Positions 1-8,212 of a stretch of DNA of 51,924 nucleotides are shown in pieces. The translations under genes were made by a program, and so were the position numbers. The stretch lies in NCBI GenBank assembly GCA_041288095.1, contig JBGGMJ010000210.1, positions 1-51,924 of the forward strand, given 5' to 3'. Position 1 is the first letter of the stretch; each line of letters begins with the position of its first letter. The notes below the pieces were generated by a model, which saw only the letters and a program-made list of their open reading frames with translations, searched no databases and was not told the origin of the DNA. The stretch comes from Myxococcota bacterium. GTDB lineage: Bacteria > Myxococcota > XYA12-FULL-58-9 > JALHOP01.

Positions 1-292
1 CGACCGCGTAGAGATCGACGTGCAGGTAGTTGCTGCTCACCGGGTCGCGATCGACCGCCTTGATGAGGACTTTGTAGTTCTTGCCGCCTTCGACTTGCAC
101 TTGGAACAAGTGCGAGGAGGCGAACTGCTGGCGCTGCATCCCGAACTCTTTCGGGTCGAGCGCCAAGAACTGCGAGTCGCTGCCCGGACCGTACATCACC
201 GCCGGGACCTTGCCCGCGGCGCGGAGACGGCGAGCGACGCCTTTGTTGCCGGCATCACGCTTCGAAGCGCGAATCGTATCATCAACCTTCAT
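1..292 (-). CDS. rplY: 50S ribosomal protein L25/general stress protein Ctc (5' part; runs off window start)
   Basis: Not in the ORF track. Manual translation from ATG 292: MKVDDTIRASKRDAGNKGVARRLRAAGKVPAVMYG...VLIKAVDRDPVSSNYLHVDLYAV, with L25 motifs. AAGGA RBS. Conserved position downstream of prs. Confidence 0.95.
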   Translation of the reverse strand, partial: MKVDDTIRASKRDAGNKGVARRLRAAGKVPAVMYGPGSDSQFLALDPKEFGMQRQQFASSHLFQVQVEGGKNYKVLIKAVDRDPVSSNYLHVDLYAV

Positions 293-358
293 GACTCTAA
301 TCCTTACGGACCTTGTCGGTGTCAGCACCTACAGGGTGTCCGCTGTTGCGCACTAAAA

Positions 359-1309
359 CTAAACGAAAAGACTGCTAACCGATTCCCCTAAGTGGATGCG
401 CCTGACCGCTTTAGCGAGCAGGGGCGCGGCCGTCAGCACGTGAATCTTCTTCGATTCACGCGCCGCGTCTCTCAAGGGAATCGTATCGGTGACCACGACG
501 TTCTCGAGCGCGGAGCTCGCGATACGCTCGATGGCGGGGCCGGAGAAAACCGCGTGGCTGGCATAAGCACAGACGCGACGCGCGCCCTTCTCCATGAGGG
601 CGTTGGCGGCTTCCGAGAGGGTGCCGGCGGTGTCGATCATGTCGTCGATGAGGATGGCGTCTTTGCCTTGGACGTCGCCGATGATGTTCATCACCTTGGC
701 GATGTTCGCCTGCGGGCGGCGCTTGTCGATGATGGCGAGCGACGACCCGAGGCGCTTCGCGTAGGCGCGCGCGCGCTCGACGCCACCGGCGTCCGGCGAC
801 ACCATGACGGATTCTTCCGGCTTCCAGTTGGTGCGCATGTGCTGCAAGAGCACCGGCATCGCGAACAAGTGATCGAACGGAATGTTGAAGAAGCCCTGGA
901 TTTGCCCCGCGTGCAGGTCGACCGAGAGGACGCGCGTCGCGCCGGCGGCCGTGATGAGATCGGAGACCAGCTTCGCGGTGATCGGCGTGCGCGGCTGAAC
1001 TTTGCGGTCCTGGCGGGCATAGCCGTAATACGGAATGACGGCGCAGATGCTCTTGGCCGATGCACGCTTGAGCGCATCGATCATGATGAGCAGCTCCATC
1101 AGGTGCTCGTTCGCCGGTGAGCAGGTCGACTGCACGACGAACACTTCGGCGCCACGGACGTTGTCACCGACCTCGACGAAGATCTCGCCGTCGGCAAAGC
1201 GCACGACACGCATCTGGCCGACCGGAATATCGAGAAACTCGCAGATCTTCTTCGTCAGCGCGGGGTTCGAGCTGCCACCGAAGACCTTGATACTCTGTTC
1301 CGTCGGCAT
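359..1309 (-). CDS. prs: Ribose-phosphate pyrophosphokinase
   Basis: Motifs FADGEI, IPYYGYARQDRK, VDLHAGQIQGFF, VSPDAGGVERA, IDDMIDTAGT. Confidence 0.98.
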   Translation of the reverse strand: MPTEQSIKVFGGSSNPALTKKICEFLDIPVGQMRVVRFADGEIFVEVGDNVRGAEVFVVQSTCSPANEHLMELLIMIDALKRASAKSICAVIPYYGYARQDRKVQPRTPITAKLVSDLITAAGATRVLSVDLHAGQIQGFFNIPFDHLFAMPVLLQHMRTNWKPEESVMVSPDAGGVERARAYAKRLGSSLAIIDKRRPQANIAKVMNIIGDVQGKDAILIDDMIDTAGTLSEAANALMEKGARRVCAYASHAVFSGPAIERIASSALENVVVTDTIPLRDAARESKKIHVLTAAPLLAKAVRRIHLGESVSSLFV

Positions 1310-1487
1310 GCTCTTCTCGTCTCACGCTACTTAGAAAGACTCTCAGCGGGGCCTGGGGTGCAACCCCAGATGCGACCGACCGGTCGCGTAACTAGCGGCG
1401 CCAGCCGCGTAACACGGGGCGGCTCCGCCCCAACTTCCCGCCATATCAATCGAATCGCATTCCCACAGTGTCACCACATGCGGGAAG

Positions 1488-1560
1488 TTGGGGCGGAAGG
1501 ACTCGAACCTTCGAATGCCGGGACCAAAGCCCGGTGCCTTACCAACTTGGCGACGCCCCA
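1488..1560 (-). tRNA. tRNA-Gln(TTG); CCA not encoded
   Basis: TGGGGCG/CGCCCCA acceptor stem with U1-A72; anticodon arm CCGGG-CTTTGGT-CCCGG; T-loop GGTTCGAGTCC; usual position upstream of prs. Confidence 0.96.
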
Positions 1561-1859
1561 CCGCTCCAAACATTGCTGTCATTGAGCACGGGGATGATGT
1601 CCCACGAGCTCGCGCGCGGTCCGACACCCAAGAGCGACGTCACGCGAATGCGCGCGCCGCGCCGCTGCTTCCGACGACGCGGAAACATGTCGCGCGCCAG
1701 AGCCAGAGCTACTCCCGAATATCGAATCGCCATCTTCATTGTGACTTCGCTGCTTTACAGACCGTGCGGGGGGCAGAAAATCGACACACGCCGGCCGGTA
1801 AAGTGGCGGCGCCCGATAGCGCGTTTGGATCGCGACTGTCAACGCGATTCGCGTGCCAA

Positions 1860-2657
1860 TCAACGCACGTAGATCTCGCTATAACGCCACAAGGTCGCGG
1901 GGTTGAGCTCGATGCAGCCCGCTCCTAGCACGACGCCGGCCGGCTTCCCGAGATCCGCGCGCCGCAAGGTGACGACCGCGCTGCGCTCCGCCAAGCCGTT
2001 GTCGCGATACCAAAAGTTCGCCAAGGTGTTGTCGCAACGCGTGTTATCGGTCGGCCCCGAGCCGCCGCCAGTGTACGCATCCCCCGCCGAGCCGCCCATG
2101 CGCACCTGGTTACGGATGCTGTCGACCCCAGCGTCGAAAGGCACGAGGTTGATTGCGAGCTGGTCGCAATAGGGGAGATCGCCAAAGAGGCTCCAGCAGC
2201 TCACCGACCCGCTGAAGGCGTAGCGCGCGCGGACGTGCGTCCATGGGAAGCCGGGCTCGAAGTCGACCAGGTGCTGCGGGTTCTCCTGGCCGTCGCCGCA
2301 GCCTTCGACTTGCGGATCGACGGTGACGAGCAGCCCGCCATTCGCGTCGACACTGCTCGTCGCCGTCACCAGGTAATCCACTTGGTGAACGACATCGCTG
2401 GGCCGCATGAGGGTCCAGCCGCCGCCATCCTGGGTCATGTCGCAGTGAACATCCCGCGGCTCCACGCCCTCGGGCGCTATCGCGTACACGCCGTCGCCAA
2501 GCTCGGGCGAGCGCAAATGCAGCGCGCGGCAGCTGACGGCGAGGGGCGGGGTCGTGTCGCCGTCGTCACCGCCGGAGGGTCGTTCGCCGTAGTAGTAGAC
2601 GGTGTCGCAGGCGCCGAGCGTGAGAAGGCCGGCGATGAGACCCACGGCGCGGCTCAT
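1860..2657 (-). CDS. Lipoprotein with fibrinogen-like (CDMxxDGGGWT) domain
   Basis: Lipobox LGAC; SCRAL...DGVYAI...HCDMTQDGGGWT; overlaps the FecR gene stop by 4 nt. Confidence 0.8.
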   Translation of the reverse strand: MSRAVGLIAGLLTLGACDTVYYYGERPSGGDDGDTTPPLAVSCRALHLRSPELGDGVYAIAPEGVEPRDVHCDMTQDGGGWTLMRPSDVVHQVDYLVTATSSVDANGGLLVTVDPQVEGCGDGQENPQHLVDFEPGFPWTHVRARYAFSGSVSCWSLFGDLPYCDQLAINLVPFDAGVDSIRNQVRMGGSAGDAYTGGGSGPTDNTRCDNTLANFWYRDNGLAERSAVVTLRRADLGKPAGVVLGAGCIELNPATLWRYSEIYVR

Positions 2658-3634
2658 TTGCCCTCACAGGTCTCGAGCGCCTTCTTGACGTCGGGCTTCT
2701 TGGCGCTCCCGGAAAAGCGCGAGGCGTGCCGGCGCCAGTGCGCGCACGCCTCCTTGTCGCGCCCGTCGAGCTGCAAGACGTTACCCAGCTCGAAGCTGAA
2801 ACGCTCGCGCTGCGCCTTGGTGAGATCCTTGCGGTTGCTCGCTCGCTCCAGGAGCTCGGCGGCGTCCTGATAGCGACGCTGGCCGCGCAGCTGGAACTGC
2901 TTCTGCATGAGCGCGTCGGCGGTCTGGGGCTCGGGGTCGCGCCGGGGGGGATCGCGGCCGTCGGGAGATGACCGCTCCAGCGGAGGGGTCGGGCTGGGCC
3001 GTGGCGCGAGCTTTGGCTCCCGGCGTGGCCAGAAGAGCCGCTCGCCGGGCGCGAGCACGACGGGAGGCGAACCATCGCTCCAATGCATCTCGATGCGGCC
3101 GGACTCGAGCGCGACATCTCCGCCGTCGTCGCGCTGCTCGACGGCGAACACGGTGCCCATCACCCGCACGGTACCGTGGGAGACCGCGACCTCGAACGCA
3201 GGCTCACCCGCCGCGCGGCGCTCGATGGTGAAACGCGCCCGACCATGACGCAGACGTACACCGTGCGCGTCGGCCGCCAATCGGGTGGACGCCGACACTT
3301 GTACGCGATCGCGGCCAAGCGCCAGCACGGGCTCGCCACAGCCCTCTTCTACCGTCAACTCCTCGACCCCGGTCACGCAACGAGCGCCCTCGGCGACGCG
3401 GTACCAACCCTGGTCTCGCGCTGGCCACACGAGCACCGCGACGACCGCGGCCGTGAGCGCCCCGGTCAACGCGATAGCGGGCACGAGCACCCGCGTCCGG
3501 CTGCTGCTGCGCCTCTCGATAGCCGCCCACGACGCCTCGACCTCGGCGCGCGATAGCCCGTCGGTCTCGGTGCCGCGCCGCAGCTCGTCGATATGCCGTT
3601 GCAACTGGTCAGTCATGGGCGACATCCCATTCAT
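2654..3634 (-). CDS. FecR-domain anti-sigma factor (single TM, C-terminal TPR-like helix)
   Basis: TM helix; LRHGRARFTI, TVRVMGTVFAV and VALESGRIEM FecR-type motifs; directly follows an ECF sigma gene. Confidence 0.85.
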   Translation of the reverse strand: MNGMSPMTDQLQRHIDELRRGTETDGLSRAEVEASWAAIERRSSSRTRVLVPAIALTGALTAAVVAVLVWPARDQGWYRVAEGARCVTGVEELTVEEGCGEPVLALGRDRVQVSASTRLAADAHGVRLRHGRARFTIERRAAGEPAFEVAVSHGTVRVMGTVFAVEQRDDGGDVALESGRIEMHWSDGSPPVVLAPGERLFWPRREPKLAPRPSPTPPLERSSPDGRDPPRRDPEPQTADALMQKQFQLRGQRRYQDAAELLERASNRKDLTKAQRERFSFELGNVLQLDGRDKEACAHWRRHASRFSGSAKKPDVKKALETCEGK

Positions 3635-4133
3635 AACGCCGTAACGCTTCGAGCGCCCGCGTGTGCAGCTTCGAGAGCTGACCCTTCGAGAGCCGCATCA
3701 GCTCGGCCGCCTCTTTCTGACTCTGACCCTCGACCTCGACGAGCACGAACACCGCGCGCTGCTTCGCTGGAAGCTTCTCGAGCGCGCGCTCGAGCTGGGT
3801 GAGATCGCGCTTCGCGCCGACTGCCCGATCGGGCCGCGCGCCTTGACCGCCACCGGCGCCGCGCAACACCTGCTCGATGCGACCCCACACCCGGCCTCGC
3901 CGCAGCGACATCAGGCACACATTGATCGCCGCGCGATACAGCCACCCACCTGGGTCGTCGCGATCCGCGACCTTCTCGAGGTCGCGGGCCAACATGACGA
4001 AGGCATCTTGCATACGGTCCATCGCCCAGGCTCGATCACCCGCCGCGAAACGCAAGCAGGTACGGAACACGCGTTCGCGGTGCTCACGGTACACGCCCGC
4101 GAGCCACGCCGTATCCTTGGCGTTCAGTCCCAT
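3609..4133 (-). CDS. ECF-family RNA polymerase sigma factor
   Basis: Region 2 (YREHRERVFR...AMDRMQDAF...WLYRAAIN) and region 4 (LEKLPAKQRAVFVLVEVEGQSQKEAAELM). Confidence 0.92.
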   Translation of the reverse strand: MGLNAKDTAWLAGVYREHRERVFRTCLRFAAGDRAWAMDRMQDAFVMLARDLEKVADRDDPGGWLYRAAINVCLMSLRRGRVWGRIEQVLRGAGGGQGARPDRAVGAKRDLTQLERALEKLPAKQRAVFVLVEVEGQSQKEAAELMRLSKGQLSKLHTRALEALRRYEWDVAHD

Positions 4134-4158
4134 GCCGAACCAACGCCCATACCCTTGA

Positions 4159-4184
4159 GGTGCTTACCGACCGCCGGAGTTTCC
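4159..4184 (-). promoter_or_regulatory. Candidate ECF promoter GGAAAC-N16-CACC upstream of the ECF sigma gene
   Basis: Identical boxes and spacing to the element at 5164-5189. Confidence 0.55.
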
Positions 4185-4194
4185 CACGAAGCCG

Positions 4195-5133
4195 TCACGG
4201 AGGAATCCGGAACGTAATCGCCACCAGGCCACCCACATGGCGAACACGGTACGCGAGGTCATCGCCAACGCGGTGCTCGACCGGTCGCAGTCGGAAGGTC
4301 GGCACCAACGCGATGCCGAAGCCGCTGGTTGCGTGCTCGACGCGCAGGGGGGCGCTCACGCGGACGTCGAGATGCCCCCCGCGGTCGTCGTCACGCCAGA
4401 AAGCGTGCCCAAGGAGCTGGACGGCGAGGCCGATGCTCATGTCGGCGAAGCCCACCCGCGTGAGTCGGGAGACCTCCGGGCCGAGCGCCGGCTCGAGCAC
4501 GATGACACCCAAGCTGTCGCGCAGGGCCGCATCGACGCAAGCGGCGACCCACCATCCGCCATAGCGAACGCCTAGCTGACCTGTGAGCACCGCGAACGGC
4601 GACTCGGCCGACGACAGACCGGCGCCCAGACCTATGCGTCCTCGCGGCCCAGACCACTCGCGCGTCGTGCTTGCTCGCGGAGCTTCGGCCTGCACGGTCT
4701 CGACCGGTGCTCGCGGCGAATCGGCCCAAAGAGGCGCGGTGGGCGCGGTGCTCGCGGGCACTGGCGCGATGAAGCGCGTCTGCTCCTCCACCTCGGTGGC
4801 CGTGGCTCGCGCGGCCGCCTGAAGCTCGACACCGATGGTACTGTCACAGCGCTGGGGCACGGGTACGCGGCGTCGCGCCACCACGTCGTCGCGACGCGCT
4901 TCGACCGCGATGCCGCCCTTGCGCTCGATCAAGGTCACCTGGATGACACGCGGCCCGACCGCGTCGACCACCGCGAAACCGGACTCCACCATGCCCTGCA
5001 AGAGCAGGCTTTGTAGCAAGCCGAGGTTGCAGCGCCGCACGGTGGCGTCGCTCACCCCGGACCAATCGACCATGGCTGGTCGCAGCTCGGGAGCGGCGGC
5101 AAGCGTTGCGAGCATGAGGAGGGAAAGGAGCAT
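4195..5133 (-). CDS. Secreted hypothetical protein (possible C-terminal beta-barrel)
   Basis: Signal peptide, Pro-rich linker, alternating beta-strand pattern at the C-terminus; same strand as and upstream of the ECF-FecR cassette. Confidence 0.7.
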   Translation of the reverse strand: MLLSLLMLATLAAAPELRPAMVDWSGVSDATVRRCNLGLLQSLLLQGMVESGFAVVDAVGPRVIQVTLIERKGGIAVEARRDDVVARRRVPVPQRCDSTIGVELQAAARATATEVEEQTRFIAPVPASTAPTAPLWADSPRAPVETVQAEAPRASTTREWSGPRGRIGLGAGLSSAESPFAVLTGQLGVRYGGWWVAACVDAALRDSLGVIVLEPALGPEVSRLTRVGFADMSIGLAVQLLGHAFWRDDDRGGHLDVRVSAPLRVEHATSGFGIALVPTFRLRPVEHRVGDDLAYRVRHVGGLVAITFRIPP

Positions 5134-5163
5134 GCGCGGTCTGTCAGCTTGACGAAGATAGCA

Positions 5164-5189
5164 GGAAACATCTCGGCGAGTCGCGCACC
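5164..5189 (+). promoter_or_regulatory. Candidate ECF promoter GGAAAC-N16-CACC upstream of the DUF1592-DUF1552 operon
   Basis: GGAAAC atctcggcgagtcgcg CACC; matches 4159-4184. Confidence 0.55.
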
Positions 5190-5213
5190 GAGAGTGTGAA
5201 CTGGAGGTGGACG

Positions 5214-6827
5214 ATGCGCGTCCTCATGGTCCTGTGCTGCGCGGGCATGCCCGCCTGCCAGGGTATCATCGGCGATACCCCCGCGAGCCTCGCGGGTGCC
5301 GACACCAGCGAGCGCCCGTTCGTGCTCGGGGATCAGCACACCGCCATCGGGGTGCGACGGCTCACGCGGGCCGAGCTGGGCGCGACCATCGAGGACCTCC
5401 TGGGCGTCGCGGGCGCCGAGACCAGCCTGCCACCCGATCAGACCATCGCCTTCCTCTCCAACAACGCGCATGGCCTCAAGGTCGGCCTAGGAGACGTCGA
5501 GGCGCTGGCGCGGATGAGCGAAGCGGTTGCCGCCGAAGCGGTCACCTCCATCGAGTTGCCGCTCGGCTGCGCGGTCGCGACTCTCGGCGCGGATTGCTAC
5601 GACGCCTTCGCCGCCGACTTCCTGCCGCGCGCTTTTCGCAGGCCGGCGAGCGACGCGGAGCTCGAGCGCTACCGCGCGCTGTTCGACGCGACCCGTGAGC
5701 TCGACGGGGACGAAGACGCGCTGGCCGCGGTGATCGCCGCGGTGCTGCAATCGCCCGGCTTTCTCTACCGCACCGAGATCGGCGACGGCGGCGAGCTGAC
5801 CTCGTGGGAGATCGCCTCGCGCCTCTCTTATCTGGTTTGGGGAACGATGCCGGACAACGAGCTGCTGGCGGCCGCCGCGGCGGACAGGCTTCGCTCGCCG
5901 GACAGCCGCGAAGCACAGCTACGGCGCTTGCTCGCGAGCTCGCGCGCCCAGGCCAATGTCAGCCGGTTCGTGCTCGAGTGGCTCGGGCTCGGAGACGCTC
6001 GCCTGTCGCGCAAGGACCCGAGCGTGCTCGACGGCCTGCCCGCCGACTTCGAGGCCTCGACGCGCGCCGAGACCCGCGCGTTCATCGAAGACACCCTGGT
6101 CACGTCCGCTGGAACGGTCGAGACGCTGTACGCCTCCACGCACTCTTTCTTGAACGCGACGCTCGCCGCCTTCTACGGCGTCCCCGGCATCGCCGGCGAC
6201 GACTTACGCAGGGTCTCGCTGCCGAGCCGCGAGCGCCGTGGGCTGTTGACCCAGGCGTCGATCTTCACGGCTCACGCCAAGGAGCTGGGTTATTCGGTCG
6301 TGCAAGTCGGCCGCTTCGTGCGCGAGCGCGTGCTCTGCCAGGAGCTGCCGCCGCCGCCCGACGACGCCGATACCACCCTGCCCGCCCCGCCGGCCGGCAC
6401 ACGGTGGAGCTATCGCGAGCAGTTCGAGGCGCACGCCAAGGAGCCGATCTGCAAGGGCTGCCACGCATTCCTCGACCCGCCGGGGTACGCCTTCCTGCCG
6501 TACGACCCCGTGGGCCGCTATCGCGAACGTGACGAGCACGGTGAGCCCTTCGATACCAAGGGTGAGCTCATCGAGCTCGACGGCGGCAGCGCTCCTTTCG
6601 CCGACGCCGCCGACTTCACGACCCTGATCGCTGGGAGCAACGCCGCCAAGGACTGCTTCGCCACGATGTTCCACCAATGGGCCTACGGCCGCGCTCTGGC
6701 ACGAGAGGATCTCGACGCCTTCGCCCCGCTGCGTGACGACTTCGCCACCTCGGGTGGCCAGTTCACCGGCCTGCTCACGGCGCTGGTGCGAGCCCCGGAG
6801 TTCACGAAGCCGGGTCCGACCCGCTGA
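5214..6827 (+). CDS. DUF1592/DUF1588/DUF1595-domain (PSD/PSCyt-type) lipoprotein with heme c motif
   Basis: RRLTRAEL, RAFRRP, LQSPGFLYR, EIASRLSYLVWGTMPD, RRGLLTQ, CKGCH. GGAGGT RBS favours ATG 5214 over GTG 5196. Confidence 0.9.
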   Translation: MRVLMVLCCAGMPACQGIIGDTPASLAGADTSERPFVLGDQHTAIGVRRLTRAELGATIEDLLGVAGAETSLPPDQTIAFLSNNAHGLKVGLGDVEALARMSEAVAAEAVTSIELPLGCAVATLGADCYDAFAADFLPRAFRRPASDAELERYRALFDATRELDGDEDALAAVIAAVLQSPGFLYRTEIGDGGELTSWEIASRLSYLVWGTMPDNELLAAAAADRLRSPDSREAQLRRLLASSRAQANVSRFVLEWLGLGDARLSRKDPSVLDGLPADFEASTRAETRAFIEDTLVTSAGTVETLYASTHSFLNATLAAFYGVPGIAGDDLRRVSLPSRERRGLLTQASIFTAHAKELGYSVVQVGRFVRERVLCQELPPPPDDADTTLPAPPAGTRWSYREQFEAHAKEPICKGCHAFLDPPGYAFLPYDPVGRYRERDEHGEPFDTKGELIELDGGSAPFADAADFTTLIAGSNAAKDCFATMFHQWAYGRALAREDLDAFAPLRDDFATSGGQFTGLLTALVRAPEFTKPGPTR

Positions 6828-6841
6828 CGCAGGAGTCCCCC

Positions 6842-8212
6842 ATGGTGTCCCGAAAGCTCGATCGCCGAGAGATCTTGAAGCACGCCGCGATGGCCGCGCT
6901 CATCGGCCCGGCCATGCGCGCCACCATGGCTCGGGCGGCCGATCCGCCGGTGCGGCGCCTGGTGACGATCTTCCAGCCGAACGGCCTCACGTACATCGAC
7001 GCCGGTCCGAACGGCGGCGAGACGAGCTGGGACGTCGGCGATCATTTCCGCCCGTACGAGCGCCACAAGAACGACCTCATCGCCTTCTCCGGCATGCACA
7101 TCGGAGGCATGCAGTTCGGAACCTACCGCGAAAGCGGACACGCGGCGGGCGCCCGGAGCTGTCTGACCTGCATGCCCGATGGTGGCAACGACTTCGCGAC
7201 CGGCCCGTCCATCGATCAGTTCGTCGCCCGCAAGCTCTTCGAGCAGCGGCTCGCGCCATACGTCAAAGCTCCGGTCTACGCGGTGGGTGGCAACGGCGCC
7301 GACCCCGCCAATCACTGGCAGCCCTGGTACGAGTCGTCGGGGCGCAAGGCGGCGATCACGCTGCAGCCGCGCGCCGCCTTCGACGGCCTGTTCGCGGGCT
7401 TCACGGCGAGCACCGGCACGACCATCGACCGCGTCATCGCCCGCAAGAAGAGTATCCTCGATCTGGCGCACGCCGACTGCAAAGCGCTCCTGCCGGCACT
7501 GCCCCCCGAGGGCCGCGAGCTCGTCGACTATCACTGCGCGCGCATCCGTGAGGTCGAGCAGAGCCTGAGCGCGGTGACGCCCGCTGGCTCGTCCTGCGAA
7601 GTACCCGGCGCCGCGCTGGAGGCGGTCCAGGGTCGCGACGTCTATAGCCCGTCGAGCTACCCCGCTCTCGCCGGCTTCTTCTTCAAGCTCATCGACGCCG
7701 GGCTACGCTGCGACCTCACGCGCGTCGCCGGCCTCGAGTTCGGGTACGCGGCGACGCGCTTCAACATGCCGTGGGTCAACGCCCCGCTCATCGGCGAGGT
7801 CGGCACCGGTGAATACAACGTCAACGACCACCACTCGTACCATCACGTCGGCAACCGCGAGATCTTGGGCCGCTTCATGACCTGGTACGCCGATCAGATC
7901 GCCGCCTTCGTGGATCTCTTGAAGGCTCCAGGCCCCGACGGCACGCGCCTGCTCGACTCGACCATGGTGCACGTCACCAACGAGTTCGGCGGCACCGGTA
8001 CGCCCAGCGACCACTACAACGGCAACGTGCCCATGTTCGTTTTCGGCGGCGGCGGCGGGACCTTTCGCACGGGACGGCACCTGCGCTACGACAACGACGG
8101 CAGGCACCACCACGCCTTGATGGTGTCGCTCATCAAGGCGATGGGCATCACGGGCGTCGAGCAGTTCGGTCATACCGCGGCGGGCAGCGGTCCGCTGCAG
8201 CGGATGTACTAG
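6842..8212 (+). CDS. DUF1552 (HXXSHH-type) protein, Tat-exported
   Basis: Twin-arginine signal DRREILK; PSIDQ, SILD, CDLTRV and HHSYHH motifs; usual partner of DUF1592. Confidence 0.9.
   Translation: MVSRKLDRREILKHAAMAALIGPAMRATMARAADPPVRRLVTIFQPNGLTYIDAGPNGGETSWDVGDHFRPYERHKNDLIAFSGMHIGGMQFGTYRESGHAAGARSCLTCMPDGGNDFATGPSIDQFVARKLFEQRLAPYVKAPVYAVGGNGADPANHWQPWYESSGRKAAITLQPRAAFDGLFAGFTASTGTTIDRVIARKKSILDLAHADCKALLPALPPEGRELVDYHCARIREVEQSLSAVTPAGSSCEVPGAALEAVQGRDVYSPSSYPALAGFFFKLIDAGLRCDLTRVAGLEFGYAATRFNMPWVNAPLIGEVGTGEYNVNDHHSYHHVGNREILGRFMTWYADQIAAFVDLLKAPGPDGTRLLDSTMVHVTNEFGGTGTPSDHYNGNVPMFVFGGGGGTFRTGRHLRYDNDGRHHHALMVSLIKAMGITGVEQFGHTAAGSGPLQRMY

Noticed and set aside
1561..1859. Possible spoVG or small gene upstream of tRNA-Gln
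   Set aside because: I saw no SpoVG-like translation; likely promoter/leader (TTGACA present on the minus strand).
1488..1860. tRNA-anchored integrative element
   Set aside because: No integrase or duplicated tRNA 3' end seen; the accessory genes lie on the 5' side of the tRNA.
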